From an uncultured Marinilabiliaceae bacterium (GTDB lineage: Bacteria; Bacteroidota; Bacteroidia; Bacteroidales; Marinilabiliaceae), in the NCBI GenBank assembly GCA_964532085.1, contig CAZHHH010000001.1, positions 16,546 to 60,779 of the forward strand: 44,234 nucleotides of DNA, read 5' to 3'. The notes beneath the pieces were generated by a model, which saw only the letters and a program-made list of their open reading frames with translations, was not told where the DNA came from and ran no database searches. A program made the position numbers and the translations under genes. Below, piece by piece: positions 7,832 through 17,388 of this stretch. Position 1 is the first letter of the stretch, and each line of letters starts with the position of its first letter.

Positions 7832-8509
7832 ATGAAATTCACATATAAACAGAGAGATGACGACATCGCTTTACAAGATTTAATTTCTGAGGGAGAACAT
7901 CAAACCCAAGATTTTAAATTTGCAGTAAATGATTCTAAAAAAATTGCTCGTTCTCTTTCTGCATTTGCAAATACAGATGGTGGCAGATTGCTGTTGGGCG
8001 TAAAAGACAATGGCAGAATTGTTGGTGTAGAATCTGACGAAGAGTATTATATGATAGAATCTGCAGCAACTCTTTTTTGTAAACCATCTGTTAATTTTGA
8101 AACTTATGTATGGGAAGAAGATGGGAAAACTGTTTTAGAAATTAATGTTCCCAAAAGTGAAAAAAAACCTCACAAAGCACCCGATAAAGACGGAAATTAC
8201 AAAGTATATGTAAGAGTTAATGACCAAAATTTATTGGCAAATAGTGTATTGCTTAAAGTTTGGGAACAACAGAAAAGAAAAAAAGGAACATTGTTAAAAT
8301 TAAACAATGCAGAAGAGGTTCTATTAAAGTATTTGACAGACAATCCTCAAATAACTATGAGAGAGTTTCAAGATTTAGCTGGAATAAACAGATGGTTGGC
8401 AGAAAAAATAATTGTAAACCTTATGGTTATAGATGTTGTAGGAATGGATTTGAGGGAAAACGAATGTCTATACTTTTTAAAGAAGAAGAAAAAGAAGGAT
8501 GAAATTTAA
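7832..8509 (+). CDS. Schlafen/AlbA_2 domain protein with C-terminal HTH-like region
   Basis: EGEHQTQDFK...SAFANTDGGRLLLGVKDNG (AlbA_2 signature); overlaps the hrpB start by 11 nt. Confidence 0.85.
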   Translation: MKFTYKQRDDDIALQDLISEGEHQTQDFKFAVNDSKKIARSLSAFANTDGGRLLLGVKDNGRIVGVESDEEYYMIESAATLFCKPSVNFETYVWEEDGKTVLEINVPKSEKKPHKAPDKDGNYKVYVRVNDQNLLANSVLLKVWEQQKRKKGTLLKLNNAEEVLLKYLTDNPQITMREFQDLAGINRWLAEKIIVNLMVIDVVGMDLRENECLYFLKKKKKKDEI

Positions 8510-10979
8510 TTATAAAGAGCTCGATTTTCCAATTACAGATATTATTGAAGAGACAAAAGAACGGCTCAAATCTGACAATACTATAGTAATAAGTTCCCCA
8601 ACTGGTGCAGGAAAAAGTACAATTCTGCCTCTTGCTCTTTTAGAAGAAGAGTGGCTTAATGATAAAAAAATCATTATGCTTGAACCACGAAGATTGGCCA
8701 CAAGAACAATTGCAAACCGAATGGCTAATCTTATTGACGAAAATGCGGGCGAAACTGTTGGATATAGAGTAAGATTTGATACAAAAGTCTCTAACAAAAC
8801 TAAATTAGAAGTAGTAACAGAGGGTATTTTAACTCGCATGTTACAAACTGATAACACCCTTGAAGATATTGGTTTAATTATATTTGATGAGTTTCACGAA
8901 CGAAACATTCATTCTGATTTAGCTTTGGTACTATGTCGCCAAATTCAACAACTGATACGTCCCGATTTACGTATAATTATAATGTCTGCGACTCTTGATA
9001 CAGACCTGATTGCAGAGAAATTAAAAGCACCAATAATAGAAAGCTATGGAAGACAATATCCTGTTAAAATTATTCACAAAGGACAAAGTGATATCAGATT
9101 ATTACCTAAACTTACCGCACGATTAATTACTGAAATTTTAGCAAAAGAGAAAGGTGATATTTTAGCTTTTTTGCCGGGTGAAGCTGAAATTAGAAAATGT
9201 GAAGAACTATTATCAAAAACTGATAAAAATATAGCCATACATCCACTATATGGAAATTTGCCATATAGAGCACAATTAGCTGCCATACTACCAAATAAAT
9301 TTGGCAAACGTAAAGTAGTTCTATCCACATCAATTGCAGAGACAAGTTTAACAATTGAAGGTGTGTCAATTGTTGTTGACAGCGGTTTTGGACGAACATT
9401 AAAATATTCACCCTCCTCTGGTTTGTCACGACTTGTTACAGTTGACATCACCCTTGATGAAGCTGACCAACGAGCTGGACGTGCAGGCAGATTAGGTCCG
9501 GGTAAATGCTACAGAATGTGGAGCATTGCTGATGAAGAGAGAATGGCTCAACACAGAACACCTGAGATAGTAATCTCTGATTTAAGTTCGTTAGTATTAA
9601 ATCTTGCTCAATATGGTGAATTAAACATCGAAAACTTAAACTGGATTACACAACCTCCAAACGCCAATATTATAGAGGCTAAGGAGCTACTTACCCAAAT
9701 TGATGCTATTGATAATAACAAAATTAACAAACACGGAATTGCCGTAAACAATCTACCTTGCCATCCACGCATCGGACATATGCTAATTATGGCAAAGGAT
9801 CACAATCTACTACCATTAGCTACAGATTTAGCTGCCATTTTAGAGGAACGAGACCCAATGGGCAGAGAAAGTGGAATTGATATAAACCACAGAATAGAAG
9901 AGCTGAGACGACAGAGAGAAAACGATTGGGAAAATAGAAAATGGAGAAACATTATAAAAATTGCTAGCTCTTATCGAAGATTATTCAATGCCAATGAAGA
10001 AAATAGCTATTTTGACCATTATGACACCGGGCTTTTGCTTGTTTATGCATATCCTGAACGGATTGCATTTGCAAGACCGGGAAGCAATGCACGATTTCAG
10101 CTATCAAATGGCAAACACGTAATGGCTCATCATTCAGACTCATTGGCTCATGAAGAGTGGTTAGCCGTAGCACACCTTGACGAACGAGAAGAAACCGGTA
10201 AAATATTCTTAGCATCCCCACTAAATCCTAAAGATTTAGCACCTTTGGTTAAAGAACGTGAATATATTAGATGGGACAATGAAAGTGGAGAGATAAAAGC
10301 TACAAATGATATAAGAATTGGTAGTATAGTTTTAAAATCAACACCAATTCAAAACATTAATCAAGAAGAGATTGTCAAAATTCTTTGTGAAGTAATAAAA
10401 AAAGATGGAGCGAATCTTTTAGATTTTAACAAAGATGTAATTCAATTTCAAAATAGAGTTATATCTCTAAAAACATGGAATAATCTTGAAAATTGGCCTG
10501 ATTTTACCACCGATAATATTCTAAAGAACTGCAAAAAGTGGTTATCACCATACTTTATAAATATCAAGAAAGAAGAAGATTTTAAAAAATTAAATCTTAA
10601 AGAGATTCTAACCTATATATTGGATTTTGAGCAACAAGAACAACTAAAAAACCTTGCACCTGAAAGAATTCAAGTGCCAAGTGGTTCTTATATCAAAGTG
10701 AATTATTCATTCAATGGAGACATTCCCATATTAGCTGTAAGATTGCAAGAACTTTTTGGTTTAGGAGAAACACCATCCATTAACAATGGACAAACAAACC
10801 TTCTACTGCACATCCTTTCACCGGGTTTTAAACCTGTTCAAATCACGTCGGACTTAAAAAGCTTTTGGAACAACACCTATTTTGAAGTCAAAAAAGAGCT
10901 AAAAAGTAGATATCCAAAACACTCATGGCCTGAAAATCCATGGAGTGCAGAAGCTGTAAGAGGTGTTAAAAGAAGGTGA
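8499..10979 (+). CDS. hrpB: ATP-dependent RNA helicase HrpB
   Basis: PTGAGKST, DEFHER, MSATLD, QRAGRAGR; HrpB C-terminus LSP..PVQIT.DL.SFW...RYPKHSWPENP. Confidence 0.95.
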   Translation: MKFNYKELDFPITDIIEETKERLKSDNTIVISSPTGAGKSTILPLALLEEEWLNDKKIIMLEPRRLATRTIANRMANLIDENAGETVGYRVRFDTKVSNKTKLEVVTEGILTRMLQTDNTLEDIGLIIFDEFHERNIHSDLALVLCRQIQQLIRPDLRIIIMSATLDTDLIAEKLKAPIIESYGRQYPVKIIHKGQSDIRLLPKLTARLITEILAKEKGDILAFLPGEAEIRKCEELLSKTDKNIAIHPLYGNLPYRAQLAAILPNKFGKRKVVLSTSIAETSLTIEGVSIVVDSGFGRTLKYSPSSGLSRLVTVDITLDEADQRAGRAGRLGPGKCYRMWSIADEERMAQHRTPEIVISDLSSLVLNLAQYGELNIENLNWITQPPNANIIEAKELLTQIDAIDNNKINKHGIAVNNLPCHPRIGHMLIMAKDHNLLPLATDLAAILEERDPMGRESGIDINHRIEELRRQRENDWENRKWRNIIKIASSYRRLFNANEENSYFDHYDTGLLLVYAYPERIAFARPGSNARFQLSNGKHVMAHHSDSLAHEEWLAVAHLDEREETGKIFLASPLNPKDLAPLVKEREYIRWDNESGEIKATNDIRIGSIVLKSTPIQNINQEEIVKILCEVIKKDGANLLDFNKDVIQFQNRVISLKTWNNLENWPDFTTDNILKNCKKWLSPYFINIKKEEDFKKLNLKEILTYILDFEQQEQLKNLAPERIQVPSGSYIKVNYSFNGDIPILAVRLQELFGLGETPSINNGQTNLLLHILSPGFKPVQITSDLKSFWNNTYFEVKKELKSRYPKHSWPENPWSAEAVRGVKRR

Positions 10980-11052
10980 TATTACTGCTTGTAAAAGGGA
11001 TACTCTCCCTTGACGTGCTGTAAGAGGTGTTAAAAGAAGGTGATATTACTGC
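10953..11052. repeat. Perfect 36-bp direct repeat x2 flanking a unique 28-bp insert
   Basis: GCTGTAAGAGGTGTTAAAAGAAGGTGATATTACTGC at 10953-10988 and 11017-11052; insert TTGTAAAAGGGATACTCTCCCTTGACGT. Confidence 0.95.
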
Positions 11053-12737
11053 ACAACAGCACCATCACCCACATTGCAAATACCTGACACAGTAACAGGA
11101 CAAACACCAGATGCTCCAATGGAACCAGAAAGAAATTTAAGCATACTATTTACAGAATATTCATTAAATTCATAATTAAGTATTAGTCCACTATTCTTAA
11201 AAACATCTTTCCACTGTCGCATAAAATATGGATTATCCAAAAATACAAAATAAGTGTTATCACTAACTTTTGACAAGAAGTTATTCAACAACGCTCTATT
11301 TTGTGACTTCCTAATCCATTTTCCATCCTCTATAATTATTACTTGCTGAGTTTTGCCGCTATAAATAGAACTAATTCTGTTAATTAAATTATTATTTAAA
11401 ATCTCTGTTTTTACACCCGCTATAGTTGAATTTCCAAGCGTTACAAAAAGAGTAGAACTGTTCATTTTATCCTCTGTATGAAAAAACTCTGGTAAAACCC
11501 TCAAAGCGGTTAAAGAAGCATCATATAACTCTTGTTTAAGTTCTTTAGAATTGGCTCTTATTACATTTTCAATACTATCATTTTTAACAAATGATTTTTG
11601 CTCTTTTTCAATTAACCAATATTTAAAAGCAAGTGATTTTTTACATTTTGCCTCTATCTCTTGCCACGTAATTGATGAATCTTTTACAGACTTCTTTACA
11701 GACTCAATAGCTTTTGGTAAATTCTCTGTAAACTCAACAATATCTGTTCCTGCAATCAAAGCAACTGCATCTATTTCGCCAGGCTCTCCCATAAATTTTG
11801 CTCCCGTCATATTTATAGCATCACTTATAACTAGCCCTTTAAAACCAAGTTCTTGTTTTAATAAAGTGTCTAAAATATGTGGAGAAAAACTTGATGGTAC
11901 ACCTTTTTCAGGATTTAATGCAGGCACTTGCAAATGAGCAGACATAACTCCCCAAATACCATCATCTATCAAAGCTTTGAATGGCACAAGTTCCACACTA
12001 TCAAGCTCAATTCTTGAACGATTTACCAACGGCAAAGTAGAGTGCGAATCAGCAGAGGTATCACCATGTCCAGGAAAATGCTTTGCCACAGCCATAATAC
12101 CGTTATCCTGCATCCCTTTCATATATCCAAATGCCTTTTCTGCAACATTATGTGGATTTTCTCCAAAAGAACGCATTCCAATAACAGGATTTATCGGATT
12201 GCTGTTCACATCTGCAACAGGAGCCATATTTACGTGAACACCCAAACACTTAAATTCATCAGCAATTTGAGCACCCATTTTATAGATTAGCTCATTATTA
12301 TTAATAGCGCCAAGAGTCATAGCACGAGGAAATCTTTCAACATCTAACATTCTCATCCCAAGTCCAGTTTCACCGTCCATAGAGATAATCATCGGAAGCT
12401 TAGATAACCCCTGCACATTTTGAATCAAATCTTCAGCTTCATCATATTTCATCCTCATTATTAAGATTCCTCCGGGCTGATATTTTTCAATAAGTGCCTT
12501 GTCTCTCAAATAGCCATTTGATGTTGTAGGATATGACATTGAAAGCCAAAATAACTGACTTATAACTTCATCTTCTGATAAAGTTGACATAACCGAATCA
12601 ACCCACTGCTCACTCTCTTTATATAGTTTTTCTAAAGTAAATTTATCTTCAACAACATCTTGACTTTGTGTTCCACAAGCCAAAATATTTAGAGATATAA
12701 CAAATAGAAAAACAATATTTAAAATCTTATTTATCAT
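11046..12737 (-). CDS. Glycoside hydrolase family 3 (NagZ-like beta-N-acetylhexosaminidase), lipoprotein
   Basis: Lipobox ILAC; APVADVN, RSFG, KHFPGHGDTSADSH, ISDA motifs. Confidence 0.9.
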   Translation of the reverse strand: MINKILNIVFLFVISLNILACGTQSQDVVEDKFTLEKLYKESEQWVDSVMSTLSEDEVISQLFWLSMSYPTTSNGYLRDKALIEKYQPGGILIMRMKYDEAEDLIQNVQGLSKLPMIISMDGETGLGMRMLDVERFPRAMTLGAINNNELIYKMGAQIADEFKCLGVHVNMAPVADVNSNPINPVIGMRSFGENPHNVAEKAFGYMKGMQDNGIMAVAKHFPGHGDTSADSHSTLPLVNRSRIELDSVELVPFKALIDDGIWGVMSAHLQVPALNPEKGVPSSFSPHILDTLLKQELGFKGLVISDAINMTGAKFMGEPGEIDAVALIAGTDIVEFTENLPKAIESVKKSVKDSSITWQEIEAKCKKSLAFKYWLIEKEQKSFVKNDSIENVIRANSKELKQELYDASLTALRVLPEFFHTEDKMNSSTLFVTLGNSTIAGVKTEILNNNLINRISSIYSGKTQQVIIIEDGKWIRKSQNRALLNNFLSKVSDNTYFVFLDNPYFMRQWKDVFKNSGLILNYEFNEYSVNSMLKFLSGSIGASGVCPVTVSGICNVGDGAVVQ

Positions 12738-12749
12738 TTTTTATATAAA

Positions 12750-13064
12750 TTATGCTTCGCCAGCAGGACCTGAGAAAGTCATAGGCATACCACCTTGTGG
12801 TTCATCTAAATTTTTTATTTTTCCAAACTGATTTTCATAACGCAAAATGTTATCTTGCAAAGCATCAAGTAATCTTTTTGCATGTTCTGGAGTTAAAACA
12901 ACTCTAGATTTAACCTGCGCCTTTGGTACGCCAGGCATAACTCGGATAAAATCAACCACAAACTCTGATGGCGAATGACTTATAATTGCAAGATTTGAAT
13001 AGGTACCTTGCCCAACTTCTTCGTTTAGTTCTATCTTTAATTGTTTGTTCTTATTCTGTTCCAT
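12750..13064 (-). CDS. DUF3467 domain protein
   Basis: GTYSNLAIISHSPSEFVVDF...PKAQVKSRVVLTPEHAKRL; normally lies next to rpoC in Bacteroidota. Confidence 0.9.
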   Translation of the reverse strand: MEQNKNKQLKIELNEEVGQGTYSNLAIISHSPSEFVVDFIRVMPGVPKAQVKSRVVLTPEHAKRLLDALQDNILRYENQFGKIKNLDEPQGGMPMTFSGPAGEA

Positions 13065-13136
13065 AGTTTAATATTTTATTTTAAAACAAATATATAGATT
13101 TGAAGTTATTTAAAAGAGTATTTCAACATATAAAAC

Positions 13137-15476
13137 TCAGAAATTATATGTATAACTGACAGAAGGCATAATTGGGAATAAACTACTTTGATATAATTTT
13201 AATTTTCCATCATATTGTTCATCATCAAAATAATCGTCTGTATCCCAGAAATAGAAATATGGATTTTGCCTATTATATGCGTTATAAATACTAAAACTCC
13301 AGATTCGTTCGCCACGTTTCTTTTGTTTTTTAATATTAAGACCTAAATCGAGTTTATGATAACTACGCATTCTAAAAGAATTTTTATCTCCATAAATCTG
13401 AGCTCGTTCAAAAACTATATTTTTATCCTCCTCATTAAAATAGAGATAATTATCAATTGCTAAATATTGTCCATATCCAAGAGTTATTGCATTACCTGTG
13501 CCATAAACCCATGTTGCAGACACATCAATATTATCACTTATTTTATATAAATAAACTGCATTAAAATCATGTCGTCTATCATATTTGAATGGATATGATT
13601 TTCCAGAATTTATATTCTCAAATTTCCTATTAGTTTTAGAAAAAGTATAACTTAACCAACCTGTTGACTTCCCAATATCTTTTTTAATAAACCCTTCAAT
13701 ACCATAAGATTTTCCAACTCCATTATTTTCTACTTTCTCTTCCCAGTTCTCAACAAAATTCAATGAATAATGTCCCTCTTTAAATGAAATTAAATTTGAC
13801 ATTTTTTTATAATATGCCTCGATACTATAATCTATCAATTCATTTGAAATAAAAAATCCTAATGAAAACTGTTCAGCTTTTTCGGGTAACATCTTTTTTG
13901 TTACTGGTAACCAATAATCAATGGGCATTGAAAGACCTTCTGTTGTTAGCATATGAACATTTTGCTGCATAATTGAATAAGCAAACCTTAAGGAGTTATT
14001 TTTATTTAAATTAAAATTCATAGAAAACCGAGGTTCTGGAGCAAAATAATTTTGTTCTTCTATTTTAAAATAACTATATCTTAATCCTAAATTTAATTCA
14101 ACAAAACTCGAAATATCTATCTGATTCTCGATATAGAAAGAAGATTCAAACACTTCTGGAGTATTACTTTTAAAAGTATTAACTTCTGATACACCATCAT
14201 AAAAATACTTGACTACATTTGAAGATGGTTTATATTTATGATATACACTACTACCCCCTAATAAAATTCTATACTCATTTAATGGATTATATTCAAAATC
14301 AACGAGTAAACCAAAGTCAGAAATATTTGAAATAAAATTAGACTTTGAATAATCATTTCTAAAAATATAATTTTCATCAGTTTGCTTATTATATTTTGTG
14401 TGGTATAAAGTTATATTACTAAACAAATTATACCTATAAAGATGACTCCACCTCATAGAAGTTAAAATATTACCCCACTGTTCCACAAATTCTATTTTTT
14501 CTTTTTTAGAATTCTTCATTTTACTCGACAGTTTATCTTTCCCATTATAAAAGCTTAAATAGAACCTATCTTTATGAGAAATCTTATAATTTATTTTAGC
14601 ATTTACATCATAAAAATAATAACCAAGCATAAAACCATCTAAAGCAAAATATGATATAGGTTTTGAAAATAAATCATACATCAATCTTCTAACTGAAATT
14701 ATATAAGAAGCTGTATCTTTTTTTATTGGTCCTTCTACTGAAATTTTTGAAGAAATCATACCAATTGTAGCACTTCCTGTATGCTTTTTCATATTACCTT
14801 CATTCATTCTAATATCAACAATAGAAGATAACCTATTTCCATATCGTGCAGGAAATCCACCTTTTATTAATGTAACTGAGTTTATAGCATCAGGATTAAA
14901 TACAGAAACAAATCCGCCAAGATGATTAACATAGTAAAGTGGAACACCATCTAAAAGCATTAAATTTTGATCACCCGACCCTCCGCGTACATATAAACCA
15001 CTTGACCCTTCATTTCCAGACTGCACGCCAGGCAACAATTGCAATGCCTTTATCAAATCTTTCTCTCCGCCAAGAGAGGGCAAAGACTTTACGTGCTCCA
15101 TTGATATTTTATGAGTAGAAATATCATTTGTTGGTATATTTCGTTGTGCAACAACCCATACCTCATCAATCTCAGCACCACAAGAGAGTGATATATTTAA
15201 CTCTTTATTCTCTTTTAAAATTATTGTTTTTTGATAAGATTTATAACCTACAAATGATACTGTTAAAATAATTGTATCATTTTTAGGCATTTTAATAGAA
15301 TAAAATCCATAACTATTAGAAGTAGAACCTATATTTGTGTTACTATCATAAATAGTTGCTCCTATTAGCCTTTCTCCTGTTTCTCTATCAGATATATATC
15401 CAAAAATCGTAGATGTTTGTGAGAATAATGAAATGGAGATTATAAAAAGTAATAAGGTTAAAATATCTTTTTTCAT
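13137..15476 (-). CDS. TonB-dependent receptor with N-terminal carboxypeptidase-regulatory-like domain
   Basis: GYISDRETGERLIGA; plug LQLLPGVQSG..GLYVRGG..DQNL; KGGFPARYG; C-terminal SVSYTYNF. Confidence 0.92.
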   Translation of the reverse strand: MKKDILTLLLFIISISLFSQTSTIFGYISDRETGERLIGATIYDSNTNIGSTSNSYGFYSIKMPKNDTIILTVSFVGYKSYQKTIILKENKELNISLSCGAEIDEVWVVAQRNIPTNDISTHKISMEHVKSLPSLGGEKDLIKALQLLPGVQSGNEGSSGLYVRGGSGDQNLMLLDGVPLYYVNHLGGFVSVFNPDAINSVTLIKGGFPARYGNRLSSIVDIRMNEGNMKKHTGSATIGMISSKISVEGPIKKDTASYIISVRRLMYDLFSKPISYFALDGFMLGYYFYDVNAKINYKISHKDRFYLSFYNGKDKLSSKMKNSKKEKIEFVEQWGNILTSMRWSHLYRYNLFSNITLYHTKYNKQTDENYIFRNDYSKSNFISNISDFGLLVDFEYNPLNEYRILLGGSSVYHKYKPSSNVVKYFYDGVSEVNTFKSNTPEVFESSFYIENQIDISSFVELNLGLRYSYFKIEEQNYFAPEPRFSMNFNLNKNNSLRFAYSIMQQNVHMLTTEGLSMPIDYWLPVTKKMLPEKAEQFSLGFFISNELIDYSIEAYYKKMSNLISFKEGHYSLNFVENWEEKVENNGVGKSYGIEGFIKKDIGKSTGWLSYTFSKTNRKFENINSGKSYPFKYDRRHDFNAVYLYKISDNIDVSATWVYGTGNAITLGYGQYLAIDNYLYFNEEDKNIVFERAQIYGDKNSFRMRSYHKLDLGLNIKKQKKRGERIWSFSIYNAYNRQNPYFYFWDTDDYFDDEQYDGKLKLYQSSLFPIMPSVSYTYNF

Positions 15477-16345
15477 CTGTTTTTATTAACAAATATTGTA
15501 TCTGAATATTCTTGATAACCAGCAAATATTCCATATCCATTCTCAATATTCGAAAAAAGAGTAACTGGATTTCCACCTCCATCCCAAATATCTCCTTCTT
15601 GATTATCTAAGTGAAGTGCTAAAGATTTCTTGTACTTATAATAATTATTAGATACAGAACGAAGAGTTATCACAATATCCTTTTCATCACCTTCATATCT
15701 AAAATTAAATCTCAATAAATTTTGTCCCTGTTTCAAGAACTTGTTGCTAAATAAAAGATTTGGGTAATAAAACTCAACACCATCTTCGCTAACAAAAGCT
15801 AAATCATAACTCCATAAATCTCCACTACTTATACTCCCATACTTAGTATGCAGTTCATAAGTTAATTCATAATAATTTTCTGTTTCTTTACTATCAAAAA
15901 GCTCAATTACAACCTCAGAAAAATAATCTCCCTCATCATCTTTACCAACTTTAGAGATATAATCTATAATTTCAAACTCTTTATAAAAAGGTAATAAATC
16001 CGAAGTTACTACCTTAATATTATCATCAACTAAAAGTTCTAATTTATAAATATTATTTTCCTTTGGTCGTAAATTAGTTATTATGGTTTTTTCTTTAAAT
16101 ATGTAATCAACTTCTATCTTTTCGTTATTTTCATATACAACAAGTTGATTTATTTCTTTAGGATATAATATAAAATCATTAGTTGATGCTGAATAAGATA
16201 TATAAATGTGCATCAAACTGTCAGATTGAAATAAGCAATTAACAACAGGTAGAGAATTGTATTCAGGAATTTTTATGCTTACTTCCTTAATGCAAGAAGT
16301 AAGCATAAAAATATAAGATCCTATAAAAATATAATTTTTAATCAT
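15473..16345 (-). CDS. DUF4249-family lipoprotein
   Basis: LTSC lipobox; C-terminal LFSNIENGYGIFAG; ATGA overlap with the TonB receptor. Confidence 0.85.
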   Translation of the reverse strand: MIKNYIFIGSYIFMLTSCIKEVSIKIPEYNSLPVVNCLFQSDSLMHIYISYSASTNDFILYPKEINQLVVYENNEKIEVDYIFKEKTIITNLRPKENNIYKLELLVDDNIKVVTSDLLPFYKEFEIIDYISKVGKDDEGDYFSEVVIELFDSKETENYYELTYELHTKYGSISSGDLWSYDLAFVSEDGVEFYYPNLLFSNKFLKQGQNLLRFNFRYEGDEKDIVITLRSVSNNYYKYKKSLALHLDNQEGDIWDGGGNPVTLFSNIENGYGIFAGYQEYSDTIFVNKNR

Positions 16346-16361
16346 CTTTTGTTTTTAATCC

Positions 16362-17231
16362 CTATCTCTTTAAACCAACTACAGTAGACTTATAATCACC
16401 TGTATTATTATCATTATAAAAGAAATAAACGTTGTAGTTATACTCTGTCAATCTCCTTGTAGAAGAATAAGGACGATAATTATACGAACTACAATTTCCA
16501 TAACTATAATAATGTGATATTTTCTTTTTAGATTTATTACGTGGTTTATAATAATTATTGTCACCTTCCAATTCTAACCCATAATCTACCCAACCATTAC
16601 ACCCAATTTTTGTTGTATGTTTTATTTTTGCTTGTAATGAAAAATAAATTCCTGCAGTTTGGTAAACTACTTTATACTTCAATTTTCCTCCTGACGTTTG
16701 CCAATAATAAGGTCCTTTTTTAGATTTTTTCAACTTTTCAACAGCAATAATACCACTCTCATCTTCTTCAACACCGTAAAAAATAATATCAATCACATTT
16801 GACTCTGTAGAGTATGTTTTATGACTTTTCTCTTTTTTAAATTTTAATTTACTATTTGATATCACATTTACTATTTCATTTTCTAAATCTAAAATAAATT
16901 TGTTTTCGCCGATAATTATTTCATAATTTTCATTTAATAATGCACCTAACAACTCATCTTGTACATATTTGTTATCACAATAATCAACATTATAAAGTAA
17001 TGAGTTAAAACCTAACATTTCACCCCAAGTTAATAATTCAACTTCATCCATTTCCGACAAATACTCTATAGCATTTTCATAATCTTCAAGCTTAGGAAAA
17101 ACTAAAGTATTATTTTCCACAGATACATCAAAATTTGTTTCATTAAAAATACTCTTTTCTAAGATTAAATTTTCATTGTCACAACTTGTTAAAAGCAAAA
17201 TAAAGGACAAAATAAATACACTCTTTTTCAT
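16362..17231 (-). CDS. Hypothetical lipoprotein (DUF4848-like N-terminal region)
   Basis: LLTSC lipobox; VENNTLVF..W...GFNSL..LLNENYEIIIG pattern; acidic N-half and basic Tyr-rich C-half. Confidence 0.65.
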   Translation of the reverse strand: MKKSVFILSFILLLTSCDNENLILEKSIFNETNFDVSVENNTLVFPKLEDYENAIEYLSEMDEVELLTWGEMLGFNSLLYNVDYCDNKYVQDELLGALLNENYEIIIGENKFILDLENEIVNVISNSKLKFKKEKSHKTYSTESNVIDIIFYGVEEDESGIIAVEKLKKSKKGPYYWQTSGGKLKYKVVYQTAGIYFSLQAKIKHTTKIGCNGWVDYGLELEGDNNYYKPRNKSKKKISHYYSYGNCSSYNYRPYSSTRRLTEYNYNVYFFYNDNNTGDYKSTVVGLKR

Positions 17232-17258
17232 TTGTAAAAATTTTTAATTAATAATAAG

Positions 17259-17296
17259 GCACAATATACATACATATATATATATGTATATTGTGC
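17259..17296. repeat. 14-bp inverted repeat enclosing a (TA)n tract
   Basis: GCACAATATACATA-CATATATATA-TATGTATATTGTGC, about 27 nt upstream of the lipoprotein ATG. Confidence 0.85.
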
Positions 17297-17338
17297 GCCT
17301 TGAAAGGTTAATATTTGTTAATCTTCAGGATTTTAACA

Positions 17339-17369
17339 AAAAAAGGAGACCTTTTGAGTCTCCTTTTTT
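17339..17369 (-). terminator. Intrinsic terminator after rpoC
   Basis: AAAAAAGGAGAC-N7-GTCTCCTTTTTT. Confidence 0.85.
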
Positions 17370-17388
17370 ATTCACTTTAACTATATCT

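Noticed and set aside
10953-11052. Calling the 36-28-36 structure a bona fide CRISPR array
   Set aside because: Only two repeats, no cas genes or leader in the window, and the repeat is hrpB/GH3 coding sequence. Kept as a repeat with a hypothesis.
6204-12290. Short overlapping ORFs within yhcG, the PAS gene, AlbA_2, hrpB and GH3
   Set aside because: Alternative-frame or antisense shadows of well-supported genes, with no motifs.
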